Part shown: positions 1 to 8,340 of the stretch, one piece after another | How positions within the stretch are numbered: the first letter of the stretch is position 1 | How the letters are laid out: each line of letters begins with the position of its first letter | Origin: a virus | Taxonomy: Duplodnaviria; Caudoviricetes | IMG/VR virus record: IMGVR_UViG_3300043103_000108 | Location: 1 to 38,425 of that record | DNA: 38,425 nt | Reading direction: 5' to 3' (one strand) | Translations under genes and position numbers: made by a program | The notes under the pieces: generated by a model | Told to the model about the DNA's origin: nothing | The model's database searches: none | Seen by the model: only the letters and a program-made list of their open reading frames with translations

Positions 1-19
1 GGCAGAGCGTGATCGCTGG

Positions 20-235
20 ATGCAGTTGTTTCTTGACCCTGAAAACCAGCCAACGCAGTTTGGTACTGCCACGCAAGAGTACCGCGAACAGGAAATTAAA
101 GCCGAGCGTGAGGCGTGTGCAAAGGTGGCTGATGATTGTAGATATGAACATCACATATCCCTTACTTCTATGCCTCCACAAAACGGAACCGCAGTAGGAA
201 TTGCCAACCGAATTCGCGCAAGAGGTGAAGCATGA
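20..235 (+). CDS. hypothetical early phage protein (may extend beyond window start)
   Basis: ORF with EREACAKVA...IANRIRARG pattern typical of small phage hypothetical proteins; ATGA overlap with next ORF. Confidence 0.6.
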   Translation: MQLFLDPENQPTQFGTATQEYREQEIKAEREACAKVADDCRYEHHISLTSMPPQNGTAVGIANRIRARGEA

Positions 236-474
236 GTAACGCAGCAATGAAGCTGGCGATTGATGTGTTGAACAAAGTTTATGACAACGTGTCTTTTTAT
301 GCGGATGTAAAGCAGTGCATCAAAACCCTAGAAGAAGCACTAGCCAAGCAAACATGCGAGATGGGTGAAATGTGTTTGCAATGCCCTGATGCACAACCAA
401 AGCAAGACCAAGACATGCCAAAGATCGGCTGTGTTAACCACGACTGTGACAAATGCAAAGAGAAGAACACATGA
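232..474 (+). CDS. hypothetical protein with Cys-rich C-terminus
   Basis: ATGA coupling at both ends; GAGG RBS; CLQC and CVNHDCDKC. Confidence 0.65.
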   Translation: MSNAAMKLAIDVLNKVYDNVSFYADVKQCIKTLEEALAKQTCEMGEMCLQCPDAQPKQDQDMPKIGCVNHDCDKCKEKNT

Positions 475-695
475 AAGACTATCACTTCTTTGCTGCCTCA
501 GCATTCACCTATGCTACAACCACTGATGAACGTAACCTACAAGACCTAATCAAACTAATGAGTAAAGAAAAATTAACGTTCAATCTGTTCCTTGTACCTT
601 GTCCTTTTGATAGTGACTACGCTATTAACTTCTATCAACCACAAGTTAAAGGTACTATGTTCCTAGACACATTCTCTTTTAAAAATAAAAAATGA
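471..695 (+). CDS. hypothetical protein
   Basis: Start moved to ATG 471 (ATGA overlap with previous stop). Confidence 0.65.
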   Translation: MKDYHFFAASAFTYATTTDERNLQDLIKLMSKEKLTFNLFLVPCPFDSDYAINFYQPQVKGTMFLDTFSFKNKK

Positions 696-853
696 AAAAT
701 TTCTGGGTATGTATCAACTATGATTCAGGTTCAACAGTAGAATACTACACAACAGGAGTATCCGAAGAAACAGTCTATGATGAAGTCTACCTTGATATCG
801 GGTATGACCCCGGTGAAGTTTATGTTGAAGAAGTAACTAAAAAGGATAATTAA
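692..853 (+). CDS. small acidic hypothetical protein (53 aa, not in ORF track)
   Basis: MKNFWVCINYDSGSTVEYY...; fills the gap, ATGA-coupled. Confidence 0.6.
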   Translation: MKNFWVCINYDSGSTVEYYTTGVSEETVYDEVYLDIGYDPGEVYVEEVTKKDN

Positions 854-854
854 T

Positions 855-1121
855 ATGGATACTCTAAGCACAGCCCTCGCATACAGAAAACAACTAAATT
901 CACGTTCAAAAGATGCAGCTAAACCTGTAGTGTACTTCAAAGGTATTGCTGACTTTGATGAAGACCTCTACCCCGGTCATGTAGTAGCACATGTACGTAC
1001 TGTTAACCACCCTGCGTGGGGTTCTGATCGAGTTCGTACATCATCTGTAATTAACAAATTTGATGATGGTAGTTTTGAAACCCTTAACACTATCTATAAA
1101 CCTTACCCAAATCAGGATTAA
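855..1121 (+). CDS. hypothetical phage protein
   Basis: AAGGA RBS; HPxWG...VRTS...FETLNTIY pattern. Confidence 0.7.
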   Translation: MDTLSTALAYRKQLNSRSKDAAKPVVYFKGIADFDEDLYPGHVVAHVRTVNHPAWGSDRVRTSSVINKFDDGSFETLNTIYKPYPNQD

Positions 1122-1123
1122 TC

Positions 1124-1519
1124 ATGTCTATTGAAACTTGGAAAGATGAGTTCTACAAAGTAAACGCTTGTGAAGTTGAATACACTAACAATATTGAGCT
1201 AATTGACCACTGCCTAAATAAGTGGGATGGTCTTCAAGACCACAACCTAAAAAAGCATGACTTAGTAAAAGGTCACTATAACATCTATGATAAAGATGAC
1301 AATACCTTCGACACCTCTGCACCATCATGTGCATTATGTCAAGTGTATGATATAAACAATTGTGAAGGATGCCCAATCACTAAAGTAAGAGGTTATGCCT
1401 GTAGTGAAGATAATGAAGATGATTACGATGACAAAGCCCCGTGGTATGAATGGACACACGCATCTGACCCTCAACCTATGATCTACTGGCTAAAGAAAGC
1501 AAAAGAGGAACTATGTTAA
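1124..1519 (+). CDS. Cys-rich putative Zn-binding protein
   Basis: CALC...CEGCP...C; AGGA RBS. Confidence 0.7.
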   Translation: MSIETWKDEFYKVNACEVEYTNNIELIDHCLNKWDGLQDHNLKKHDLVKGHYNIYDKDDNTFDTSAPSCALCQVYDINNCEGCPITKVRGYACSEDNEDDYDDKAPWYEWTHASDPQPMIYWLKKAKEELC

Positions 1520-1731
1520 GTAAATTTACTATCTATGATACACCGAGACCTAACGTCAAATACTTCGAACACAACACTGTAGGTGAAGACCTCGCAGGAC
1601 GTATGTGGTTTGAAGATGATAATCTTGTTGACTATGATGGTGTGTTCTCCCTACCTGATGACGTCATAAAACAAATGACTGATAAAGGTTATAACATGGG
1701 CTACGCAACTGAAGAAGGTGACTATGAGTGA
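1513..1731 (+). CDS. hypothetical protein
   Basis: GAGG RBS, compact tiling. Confidence 0.65.
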   Translation: MLSKFTIYDTPRPNVKYFEHNTVGEDLAGRMWFEDDNLVDYDGVFSLPDDVIKQMTDKGYNMGYATEEGDYE

Positions 1732-1861
1732 TATAGAACTATACTATAAGAAAATGCAAGAGCACTTCCCTAACAGCCGCCCTTGGTCTCAACTTAATCC
1801 GCAAGAACAAATGATGATTGTTCAAGCTATCAACATGACTGTACAGGTGTTATCATCATGA
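1724..1861 (+). CDS. small hypothetical protein (45 aa, not in ORF track)
   Basis: MSDIELYYKKMQEHFPNSRPWSQL...; AAGGTG RBS, ATGA-coupled to next ORF. Confidence 0.55.
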   Translation: MSDIELYYKKMQEHFPNSRPWSQLNPQEQMMIVQAINMTVQVLSS

Positions 1862-2118
1862 ACCACGACTTTATCTACTTTGATGAAGAAACTAAGATCA
1901 CCTTCCTCTGTGATATCTACTACTCGCCTGAAGAACTAGGTTCTATTGATGCGTATGGTTTTAAAAATGAACCTGACTTTCCTGCTGAATGCTACATTGA
2001 AAAGATGTCATTCCTACTAGACCATTTTAACCGTGATATCTCTCCACTAATTGATGAAGGTATTAAAGACTATATCATCCAAAAGTTTCTAGAAGAATTC
2101 TCAAATGACGAAACCTGA
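1858..2118 (+). CDS. acidic hypothetical protein
   Basis: ORF tiling and codon usage consistent with neighbours. Confidence 0.65.
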   Translation: MNHDFIYFDEETKITFLCDIYYSPEELGSIDAYGFKNEPDFPAECYIEKMSFLLDHFNRDISPLIDEGIKDYIIQKFLEEFSNDET

Positions 2119-2281
2119 CTTAAAACACTACCTAGTATTCCGTAGACAAGGTCTTGACCGAATGTACTACGGTGTAGCAGGTAAAGAAATAAACTACGCT
2201 GATGCAGTTCTATTCTTAACTGAAAAAGAAGCTCAACACTACGCAGATAAACTAAACAAAGATTCAAATGAAACTGTATGA
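2105..2281 (+). CDS. small hypothetical protein (58 aa, not in ORF track)
   Basis: MTKPDLKHYLVFRRQGLDRMYYG...; fills the gap between neighbours. Confidence 0.55.
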   Translation: MTKPDLKHYLVFRRQGLDRMYYGVAGKEINYADAVLFLTEKEAQHYADKLNKDSNETV

Positions 2282-2462
2282 ACTAAACCGTGGTGATAAT
2301 TTTAAGCTAACAGAAGAACCATCTATACCACCAGACGCACTCGAAGGTACAGCAGAAACAAAATATAAGCTAAACAATATTGACGGTATGTATTCTCATT
2401 GTAGAGATGAACAAAACAACGTATACCACTTCGCAGCATGGACAGAGGTAGAAAAAGTATGA
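2268..2462 (+). CDS. hypothetical protein (small beta-rich domain)
   Basis: MKLYEL...IDGMYSHC...AWTEV pattern. Confidence 0.65.
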   Translation: MKLYELNRGDNFKLTEEPSIPPDALEGTAETKYKLNNIDGMYSHCRDEQNNVYHFAAWTEVEKV

Positions 2463-2758
2463 TTGCTTATAAACTCTTTCGTAAACGTAAAGACGGTACT
2501 TATGGACCACTCTTTATTAACCGTAAACAAAAACTAACCACAGGAGTATGGTACCAAGCTGAAGATCATAAAACAAAAGGTTATGCTCATCGCCCCGGTT
2601 GGCATGCATGTGCTGAACCTAAAGCACCTCATCTATCAGAAAAAGAGCGTGTATGGTGTAAGGTTGAAATCAATAACCTAGAACGTCATCAACGACCTGA
2701 GTCACAAGGTGGCTTATGGTTTACTGCTAATGTACTAAAAATCGTTAAGGAACTCTAA
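2459..2758 (+). CDS. hypothetical phage protein
   Basis: ATGA-coupled start at 2459; AYKLF...RPGWHAC...VWCKVEI. Confidence 0.7.
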   Translation: MIAYKLFRKRKDGTYGPLFINRKQKLTTGVWYQAEDHKTKGYAHRPGWHACAEPKAPHLSEKERVWCKVEINNLERHQRPESQGGLWFTANVLKIVKEL

Positions 2759-3645
2759 TGTTTATTAAATATCAACACCTAGAAAAACTTCACACTGATG
2801 AAACTGATGGTATCGAAGTAGGTACCTCGTATGTATTCCCTAAAATTGATGGTACCAACGGTAGCATCTGGTATGAAAATGACTGTATCCAAGCAGGTAG
2901 TCGTAATCGTCATCTAACTCTTGAAGCAGATAACGCAGGTTTCTACCATGCAATGTCTATCAGTAAAGCACATATCGAACTTACCAAAACACACCCTCAC
3001 CTAATCTTCTACGGAGAATGGCTTGTACCCCATAGCCTTAAAACATACCGTGAAGATGCATGGCGTAAGTTCTATATCTTTGATGTATATAATCGTGGCT
3101 CTGAAAAGTACCTTCACTATGACGAATACAAAGATATCCTCGATACAGCAAATGTAGACTACATTGCACCTATCGCTATCATCAAAAACAGTAACTATGA
3201 AACATATCAAGAATGCCTCAACCGTAACTTCTTCTTAATTGATGACGGTAAAGGTAATGGTGAAGGTATTGTTATTAAAAACTATGCTTATGAAAATAAA
3301 TATGGTCGTCAAACATGGGCTAAACTAATCACTAATGCCTTCAAAGAAAGTCACCACAAAAAAATGGGCGCTCCATTAGTCGGTGGTGAAATCATTGAAG
3401 AAAAGATTGTTGATAAGTTCGTTGATAAACACCTTGTTGATAAAGTCCATGCTAAAATCGTAAATGAAATGGAAGGTTGGTCATCTAAATACATCCCTCG
3501 TTTATTACATACAGTCTATTATGATCTGATCACCGAAGAAATGTGGAACATCCTTAAAGAATTTAAAAATCCTAAGATTGACTTCAGAACATTAAATAAC
3601 TTGTGTACTCAAAAAGTTAAAGAACTTAAACCAGAGGTATTTTAA
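2758..3645 (+). CDS. ATP-dependent RNA ligase, Rnl2-like
   Basis: Nucleotidyltransferase motifs: I KIDGTN, Ia GSRN, III FYGEW, IIIa FYIFDV, IV EGIVIK, V AKL; helical C-terminal domain. Confidence 0.85.
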   Translation: MFIKYQHLEKLHTDETDGIEVGTSYVFPKIDGTNGSIWYENDCIQAGSRNRHLTLEADNAGFYHAMSISKAHIELTKTHPHLIFYGEWLVPHSLKTYREDAWRKFYIFDVYNRGSEKYLHYDEYKDILDTANVDYIAPIAIIKNSNYETYQECLNRNFFLIDDGKGNGEGIVIKNYAYENKYGRQTWAKLITNAFKESHHKKMGAPLVGGEIIEEKIVDKFVDKHLVDKVHAKIVNEMEGWSSKYIPRLLHTVYYDLITEEMWNILKEFKNPKIDFRTLNNLCTQKVKELKPEVF

Positions 3646-4067
3646 TGTACAAACCACACCCAGTAAGAACAGTCTACTTAGCAGGTCCAATGGAGCATGT
3701 GTCATCAACTGAAGCAAAAGGTTGGCGTGACATTGCTACATGGCAACTAAACCAAAATGATGTATACACATTAGACCCAACTCGAAGACTGCATAACTTC
3801 GAAAAACGCGCTATGAAACGTATCTTCGAATTAGATCTACGAGACATTCAAGAGTCTGACATCATCCTTGTCAACCTCGATAACCCAACAGTAGCCAAGC
3901 ATGGTACTGCTATGGAAGTATTCTATGCTTCGTATGTTCTACGTAAACCCGTAGTAGCATTCAAAGCTGATGCTTCTATTATCCATCCATTCTTTGAATC
4001 ATTAGTCACTGAATGGCGTTCAACTGTCGAAAAAGCTTGTGACACACTCATCGCGGAGTATCTATGA
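3645..4067 (+). CDS. nucleoside 2-deoxyribosyltransferase / deoxynucleotide N-hydrolase family protein
   Basis: VYLAGPM, DLRDIQESDIILV, GTAMEVFYA, KPVV. Confidence 0.8.
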   Translation: MYKPHPVRTVYLAGPMEHVSSTEAKGWRDIATWQLNQNDVYTLDPTRRLHNFEKRAMKRIFELDLRDIQESDIILVNLDNPTVAKHGTAMEVFYASYVLRKPVVAFKADASIIHPFFESLVTEWRSTVEKACDTLIAEYL

Positions 4068-4129
4068 TCGCAGTACTAGGAATCATTGTAGTATATATCA
4101 TCTGGTATCGAGTATCGTTCTATAGTTAA
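4064..4129 (+). CDS. tiny membrane peptide (21 aa)
   Basis: GGAG RBS, ATGA-coupled; MIAVLGIIVVYIIWYRVSFYS. Confidence 0.4.
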   Translation: MIAVLGIIVVYIIWYRVSFYS

Positions 4130-4138
4130 AGAAAACAA

Positions 4139-4387
4139 ATGCCTTACATCAACCCTAATAAACGTGTAAATCTAATCCCCGAATTAGAAACATTACCAAT
4201 GGATGCAGGTGAATTAAACTTCGTATTCACACAAGTAATCCAACAGTACCTAATGCTAAACGGTAAATCATACCAACGTATTAACGATGTGTTAGGTGCC
4301 CTTGAAGGTGCTAAACTTGAATTCTACCGCCGTGTAGCAGCCCCTTATGAAGATGTAAAAATTATGGAGAATGGTGATGTATATTGA
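4139..4387 (+). CDS. conserved phage protein (DUF6899-like)
   Basis: MPYI...GELNF...GALEGAKLEFYRRVAAPYEDxKIxENGDVY. Confidence 0.7.
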   Translation: MPYINPNKRVNLIPELETLPMDAGELNFVFTQVIQQYLMLNGKSYQRINDVLGALEGAKLEFYRRVAAPYEDVKIMENGDVY

Positions 4388-4799
4388 TAATGACAAACAT
4401 CTGTGGAAAGCAACAGACTATAAACGTGAATTCGGTATTGATGACAAAGCAGACTTCTACGATAAATATCTCGTAGAAAAAGTATGGCCTAACACCTTCG
4501 CAAAAGCATATAACAAGGAGATCGATAACGCTATGACAACCACTGTAAAAGACCAAATCAATCCTGATCACTATCAAGGTATCGTAGGTAACTACCAGTA
4601 CATTGAATGTATGGAATTTATCTTAGGTAAAGAAGGTTTAAAGAAACATCTATTAGGCCAAATCTATAAGTACCTCATGCGTATGGGTAAGAAAGATAAC
4701 GAACTACAAGAAGTCCGTAAAGTAGTATGGTATACACGTTGCCTTGAAATCCTTGAGCGTGACGGTACTATCATTGGCTTCTTAGGCGAACTCAAGTGA
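4371..4799 (+). CDS. DUF3310 (T7 gp1.7-like nucleotide kinase family) protein
   Basis: INPDHY...IECMEFI...KYLMRMGKKD...RKVVWY. Confidence 0.75.
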   Translation: MVMYIDNDKHLWKATDYKREFGIDDKADFYDKYLVEKVWPNTFAKAYNKEIDNAMTTTVKDQINPDHYQGIVGNYQYIECMEFILGKEGLKKHLLGQIYKYLMRMGKKDNELQEVRKVVWYTRCLEILERDGTIIGFLGELK

Positions 4800-4930
4800 G
4801 ATTAGTACTTATACTCAAAGATCGTCTACGAGTATACGAAGGACTCAACTTCTTAGCTGAATTTGAGTTCTCTGTACTACCAAGTATTCAAGAAATCGAA
4901 GAAGTACGTACTCAATCCTATGCAAATTGA
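4796..4930 (+). CDS. small hypothetical protein (44 aa)
   Basis: GTGA overlap with previous stop; MRLVLILKDRLRVYEG... Confidence 0.45.
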   Translation: MRLVLILKDRLRVYEGLNFLAEFEFSVLPSIQEIEEVRTQSYAN

Positions 4931-5072
4931 ATCGCCTATGCTAATCGCCGGTATTGGCTTAGTGTATCTATACATCTCTATAGAACAATTCACTAAAGGT
5001 AATATCGGTATGTCAATAACCTACTTTGGATATGCCCTCGGTAACGTAGGCTTATATATGCTAACACAATGA
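4920..5072 (+). CDS. small two-TM membrane protein
   Basis: Two hydrophobic segments, YFGYALGNVGL; start uncertain. Confidence 0.6.
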   Translation: MQIESPMLIAGIGLVYLYISIEQFTKGNIGMSITYFGYALGNVGLYMLTQ

Positions 5073-5674
5073 ACTTAATAAAGACAGTTAAACGATGGGT
5101 TGCAGGTACAGACAAACTCTTCGATATCTATGAATGTACTGTAGATGAAGTCGAAGAATATACCTCCGACTCAGGTAAGTCTATGGTGAAAGTTACTATC
5201 GGTGACACTGAGTATACAGGACTCCATAATAAATGGGTCTATGAATACCTCTGTGAAAACGAGAGTAGTCCTTCATTTGTAGTAATGTGGCGAGCACCTA
5301 AGGGAAAACCTATGGTTGCTTATGTAAAAGAAATATGGCAAGACCATATCAAGGGAGAGTATCATGAAGAAGTCCCTACCAAGACTAACGCCTACAGCAA
5401 CAGCGGTGAGTCATTTGTTTATCTTTGGTACTCCACCGCAACAGAAAAGAAATATATCGGAAAACACAAGGGAACAACTAATGATAGATATGTCGCAAGC
5501 AGTACAAGCTTTATGCAAGACTACAACGAATGTCCAGGCCTCTTCAAAAGAGTAATTTTAGCATATGGCTCTGACAGAGAAATGTTAGAACTTGAAACAC
5601 AATTACTTATTAATTTGAAAGCAAAAGACAGCCATATGTATTATAATATGAGCACAAATCTAGTTGGTACCTAA
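5069..5674 (+). CDS. protein with C-terminal GIY-YIG nuclease-like domain and unknown N-terminal domain
   Basis: FVYLW-x7-KYIGKH...Y..SS...ELE...YYN in the C-terminal ~90 aa. Confidence 0.7.
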   Translation: MNLIKTVKRWVAGTDKLFDIYECTVDEVEEYTSDSGKSMVKVTIGDTEYTGLHNKWVYEYLCENESSPSFVVMWRAPKGKPMVAYVKEIWQDHIKGEYHEEVPTKTNAYSNSGESFVYLWYSTATEKKYIGKHKGTTNDRYVASSTSFMQDYNECPGLFKRVILAYGSDREMLELETQLLINLKAKDSHMYYNMSTNLVGT

Positions 5675-5681
5675 TAGGAAA
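5661..5681 (+). promoter_or_regulatory. putative phage RNAP promoter (copy 1)
   Basis: TAGTTGGTACCTAATAGGAAA; matches four other copies at gene boundaries. Confidence 0.8.
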
Positions 5682-5754
5682 AGCTGAAAAAGTTCGCTAC
5701 TCTTTCATACCTGTTTATGAATAGGCTTTCCAACTTAATACTAACAGGAGTAAT

Positions 5755-6132
5755 ATGTTTACAGAATTAATAGGAAAATGTCTATCAGATGGATGTAATG
5801 AAGCTATAAAACGTAAATACAAAAGTGAAACAGGAAAAGTACAGTATAGACAACGCTGCTTTTCTTGCCATCATAATTGGATTAACTACAAAATAACTAC
5901 ACCTGAAAGAGAAATAATGTTAGAACAACAAGACAATTGTTGTGCTATATGTGAAACAAAAGTATTGTTCGGTGTAGGAACCAGACAACTAAATGGTGCC
6001 GTGATAGATCATTGCCACTCAAATGGCCATGTAAGAGGTATCCTTTGTAACGGATGTAATATTGCTTTAGGTTTATTTAAAGACAATAAGCTAACCCTAA
6101 TAAAAGCAATTCAATACCTACAAGAAACCTAA
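5755..6132 (+). CDS. endonuclease VII-like (His-Me finger) nuclease, probable homing endonuclease
   Basis: CAIC...IDHCH..GHVRGILCNGCNIALGLFKDN; N-terminal Zn motif; AGGAG RBS. Confidence 0.85.
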   Translation: MFTELIGKCLSDGCNEAIKRKYKSETGKVQYRQRCFSCHHNWINYKITTPEREIMLEQQDNCCAICETKVLFGVGTRQLNGAVIDHCHSNGHVRGILCNGCNIALGLFKDNKLTLIKAIQYLQET

Positions 6133-6136
6133 ACAC

Positions 6137-6160
6137 AACCCTCTTCGGAGGGTTTTTTAT
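6137..6160 (+). terminator. rho-independent terminator
   Basis: AACCCTC-TTCG-GAGGGTT followed by T-run. Confidence 0.85.
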
Positions 6161-6177
6161 TCACTAAGGAAAGACTA

Positions 6178-6429
6178 ATGACAACATCATTTGAACACAA
6201 ATACAATGTAGGCGATACTGTATATGTACGTGATAAAGATACAGTAACCCAAATGAAAGTTAAAAGCATTCAACCTATTATTCAAATAGGTATGCCTGTT
6301 GGTGCAGAAAAAGATATCCTTTATACAACTGTACGATACTATGTAGTGCCTTTAAATGGATTCAATAGTGATGGTAAACTACTTGTTGATACTTTTATCT
6401 TTAAAACATCTGAGGAAGCTTTCAAATGA
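6178..6429 (+). CDS. hypothetical protein (SH3-like)
   Basis: KYNVGDTVYV; AAGGA RBS. Confidence 0.65.
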   Translation: MTTSFEHKYNVGDTVYVRDKDTVTQMKVKSIQPIIQIGMPVGAEKDILYTTVRYYVVPLNGFNSDGKLLVDTFIFKTSEEAFK

Positions 6430-6641
6430 AATATGTTATTGAGATGGATGTAGACAACGTTGTTCAACAAGAACTTCGTGAGGTATACAAGTCCTTCATT
6501 AACTATCTTGAGTCAGACACTAGTAATGTATTCTTTTTTAATGAACCAGCTAAAGAACGTATAGCTTTAGCACAACATGCCGAAGCAGCCCGATTAATCC
6601 ATAACTATTATGCTATAGCTGAAGATAGAATTGAACCTTAA
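6426..6641 (+). CDS. hypothetical protein
   Basis: ATGA coupling, GAGG RBS. Confidence 0.65.
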   Translation: MKYVIEMDVDNVVQQELREVYKSFINYLESDTSNVFFFNEPAKERIALAQHAEAARLIHNYYAIAEDRIEP

Positions 6642-6645
6642 AACC

Positions 6646-6666
6646 TAGTCGGTACCTTATAGAGAA
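6646..6666 (+). promoter_or_regulatory. putative phage RNAP promoter (copy 2)
   Basis: TAGTCGGTACCTTATAGAGAA, intergenic, ahead of the replication operon. Confidence 0.75.
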
Positions 6667-6672
6667 CAAACC

Positions 6673-6819
6673 ATGAAAAAGCAAACAGTAGCAACAGTAG
6701 TATACTTCTTAACAGAATCCACTGAGGACGAAGTCAAATACTTAATTGACTCTATGTCAGCAGAACTAAACAAGAATGAATCATATCAAATCGTAAACAT
6801 TGAGGACATCGAAGAATGA
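6673..6819 (+). CDS. small acidic hypothetical protein (48 aa)
   Basis: MKKQTVATVVYFLTESTED...; ATGA-coupled to next ORF. Confidence 0.55.
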   Translation: MKKQTVATVVYFLTESTEDEVKYLIDSMSAELNKNESYQIVNIEDIEE

Positions 6820-7085
6820 ATCTAATCCCAGTAGCAGCCCAAGAAGAATGTGCTGAAGTAATCCAAGCTATCAGCAAAGTTTTTCGGTTTACTTTAAACC
6901 ATCCACATCCTGAAACAGGTATAACAAACAAATGCCACCTTGAAGAAGAAATTGGACAGCTACAATGTATGCTTAACCTATTGTCAGCACAATGGGAATT
7001 AGATCGAACTAATATTGCTCGTGCTTACGATCATAAGCTAATGAATTACAACAAATGGGATAAAGAACATGGAGTACTTAAATGA
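6816..7085 (+). CDS. MazG-like nucleotide pyrophosphohydrolase
   Basis: QEECAEVIQAISK...LEEEIGQL (EExxE...ExxD-like, with final D replaced by Q). Confidence 0.7.
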   Translation: MNLIPVAAQEECAEVIQAISKVFRFTLNHPHPETGITNKCHLEEEIGQLQCMLNLLSAQWELDRTNIARAYDHKLMNYNKWDKEHGVLK

Positions 7086-7234
7086 TTATTGAAAACGATC
7101 AAGACTACGTAAAAATTACTCTGCTTTTTGAACGTCCAACTAATGTGTTTCAAGATGAAATGCTTGTAGAAGTATTAGAAAAACTTTCTACAATAGACCG
7201 CGAATACGAAGAAAACTATCAGGAATACGTATGA
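7082..7234 (+). CDS. small acidic hypothetical protein (50 aa)
   Basis: GGAG RBS, ATGA coupling at both ends. Confidence 0.55.
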   Translation: MIIENDQDYVKITLLFERPTNVFQDEMLVEVLEKLSTIDREYEENYQEYV

Positions 7235-7677
7235 AATCACAACTCGACTGGGACCTGTTTTATTTAAAAGTTGCTGACTTAATTGCTCAACAATCTTACG
7301 CTGAAGACCGCAAAGTCGGTGCTTTAATTGTCAAAGACGATAACATTATTTCATTCTCATATAATGGAACACCTCCAAAAACTAACAATGACACTCAAAC
7401 AAACATTGTACTCCATGCTGAAGCCCAAGCTATTGCAAAGGTGGCACGTTCAAACAGCAATACTGTTGGGTCTACTCTGTATTGCACCCTCTCTCCTTGT
7501 ATTGATTGTGCTAAACTTATTTTTAGTGTGGGAATTAAACGAGTAGTATTCCGAGATACCTATAAATGCATGGAAGGTGTAAAATTCTTATCCAAAGTAG
7601 GTGTAGGTGTCAACCAAACACTACCTCAAAACAATCTTGCTGACCCTGCTTGGTTAGCTAAATCAGGATTAATTTAA
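7231..7677 (+). CDS. dCMP deaminase
   Basis: KVGALIV, YNGTP, HAE, PCxxC zinc motifs. Confidence 0.9.
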   Translation: MKSQLDWDLFYLKVADLIAQQSYAEDRKVGALIVKDDNIISFSYNGTPPKTNNDTQTNIVLHAEAQAIAKVARSNSNTVGSTLYCTLSPCIDCAKLIFSVGIKRVVFRDTYKCMEGVKFLSKVGVGVNQTLPQNNLADPAWLAKSGLI

Positions 7678-7868
7678 TGTTAACAGAAGGCTGGACAAAC
7701 TTTTTACTATTAGGCTCACTGTTCTACATTGTGTACTTACAGTACCAAATCAAAGAACAGCAAGAAAGTATTGAAGGGTTAAATGAAATCTTAATGCAAA
7801 TGGCAGAAGAACTAACTGAGTTAGGCTCTCCCAACGTAACATGGAGTAAAGCAAATGCGGAAGGATAA
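7677..7868 (+). CDS. membrane-anchored coiled-coil protein
   Basis: N-terminal hydrophobic helix then acidic coiled coil. Confidence 0.6.
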   Translation: MLTEGWTNFLLLGSLFYIVYLQYQIKEQQESIEGLNEILMQMAEELTELGSPNVTWSKANAEG

Positions 7869-8340
7869 ACGATTCCCTACTGTAAAGATAGAAATAGCTT
7901 GTTTACCTGCTAGCGAAGAAGATATTGCTAAGGTGTTTTATAATATCCTTGATGACTATTGCAAGCGATTTAATGTAAAGCTAAAAGAAAAAGATTATAA
8001 AATTAGTGTTGCCTGTATTGAATACGCAGATGATAACGAAGAAATGGGAATGACTATTCATGGGGAAGATGATAATGGACGTGTACTAGTACAGATCCGT
8101 GATCCATTCTTAAGTGAATGGGAAAATAACTTCTTCACTAAACAACTATTCTTATACATCATGTGTCATGAATTCGTTCATGTATGCCAGTATTTAACTG
8201 GTCGTGATGGTTTTAAAGTCCCTAAATGTTTATACGACAAAGAATCATCTCGTGAATCGTACTTCTTTGACCCATGCGAAGTAGAAGCTCGTGTGCTTGA
8301 ACATTTTTACACAGTAATGTATGCAGATAAACTCTTATGA
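7855..8340 (+). CDS. putative zinc metallopeptidase (HExxH)
   Basis: CHEFVHVCQY and downstream PCEVEAR. Confidence 0.7.
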   Translation: MRKDKRFPTVKIEIACLPASEEDIAKVFYNILDDYCKRFNVKLKEKDYKISVACIEYADDNEEMGMTIHGEDDNGRVLVQIRDPFLSEWENNFFTKQLFLYIMCHEFVHVCQYLTGRDGFKVPKCLYDKESSRESYFFDPCEVEARVLEHFYTVMYADKLL

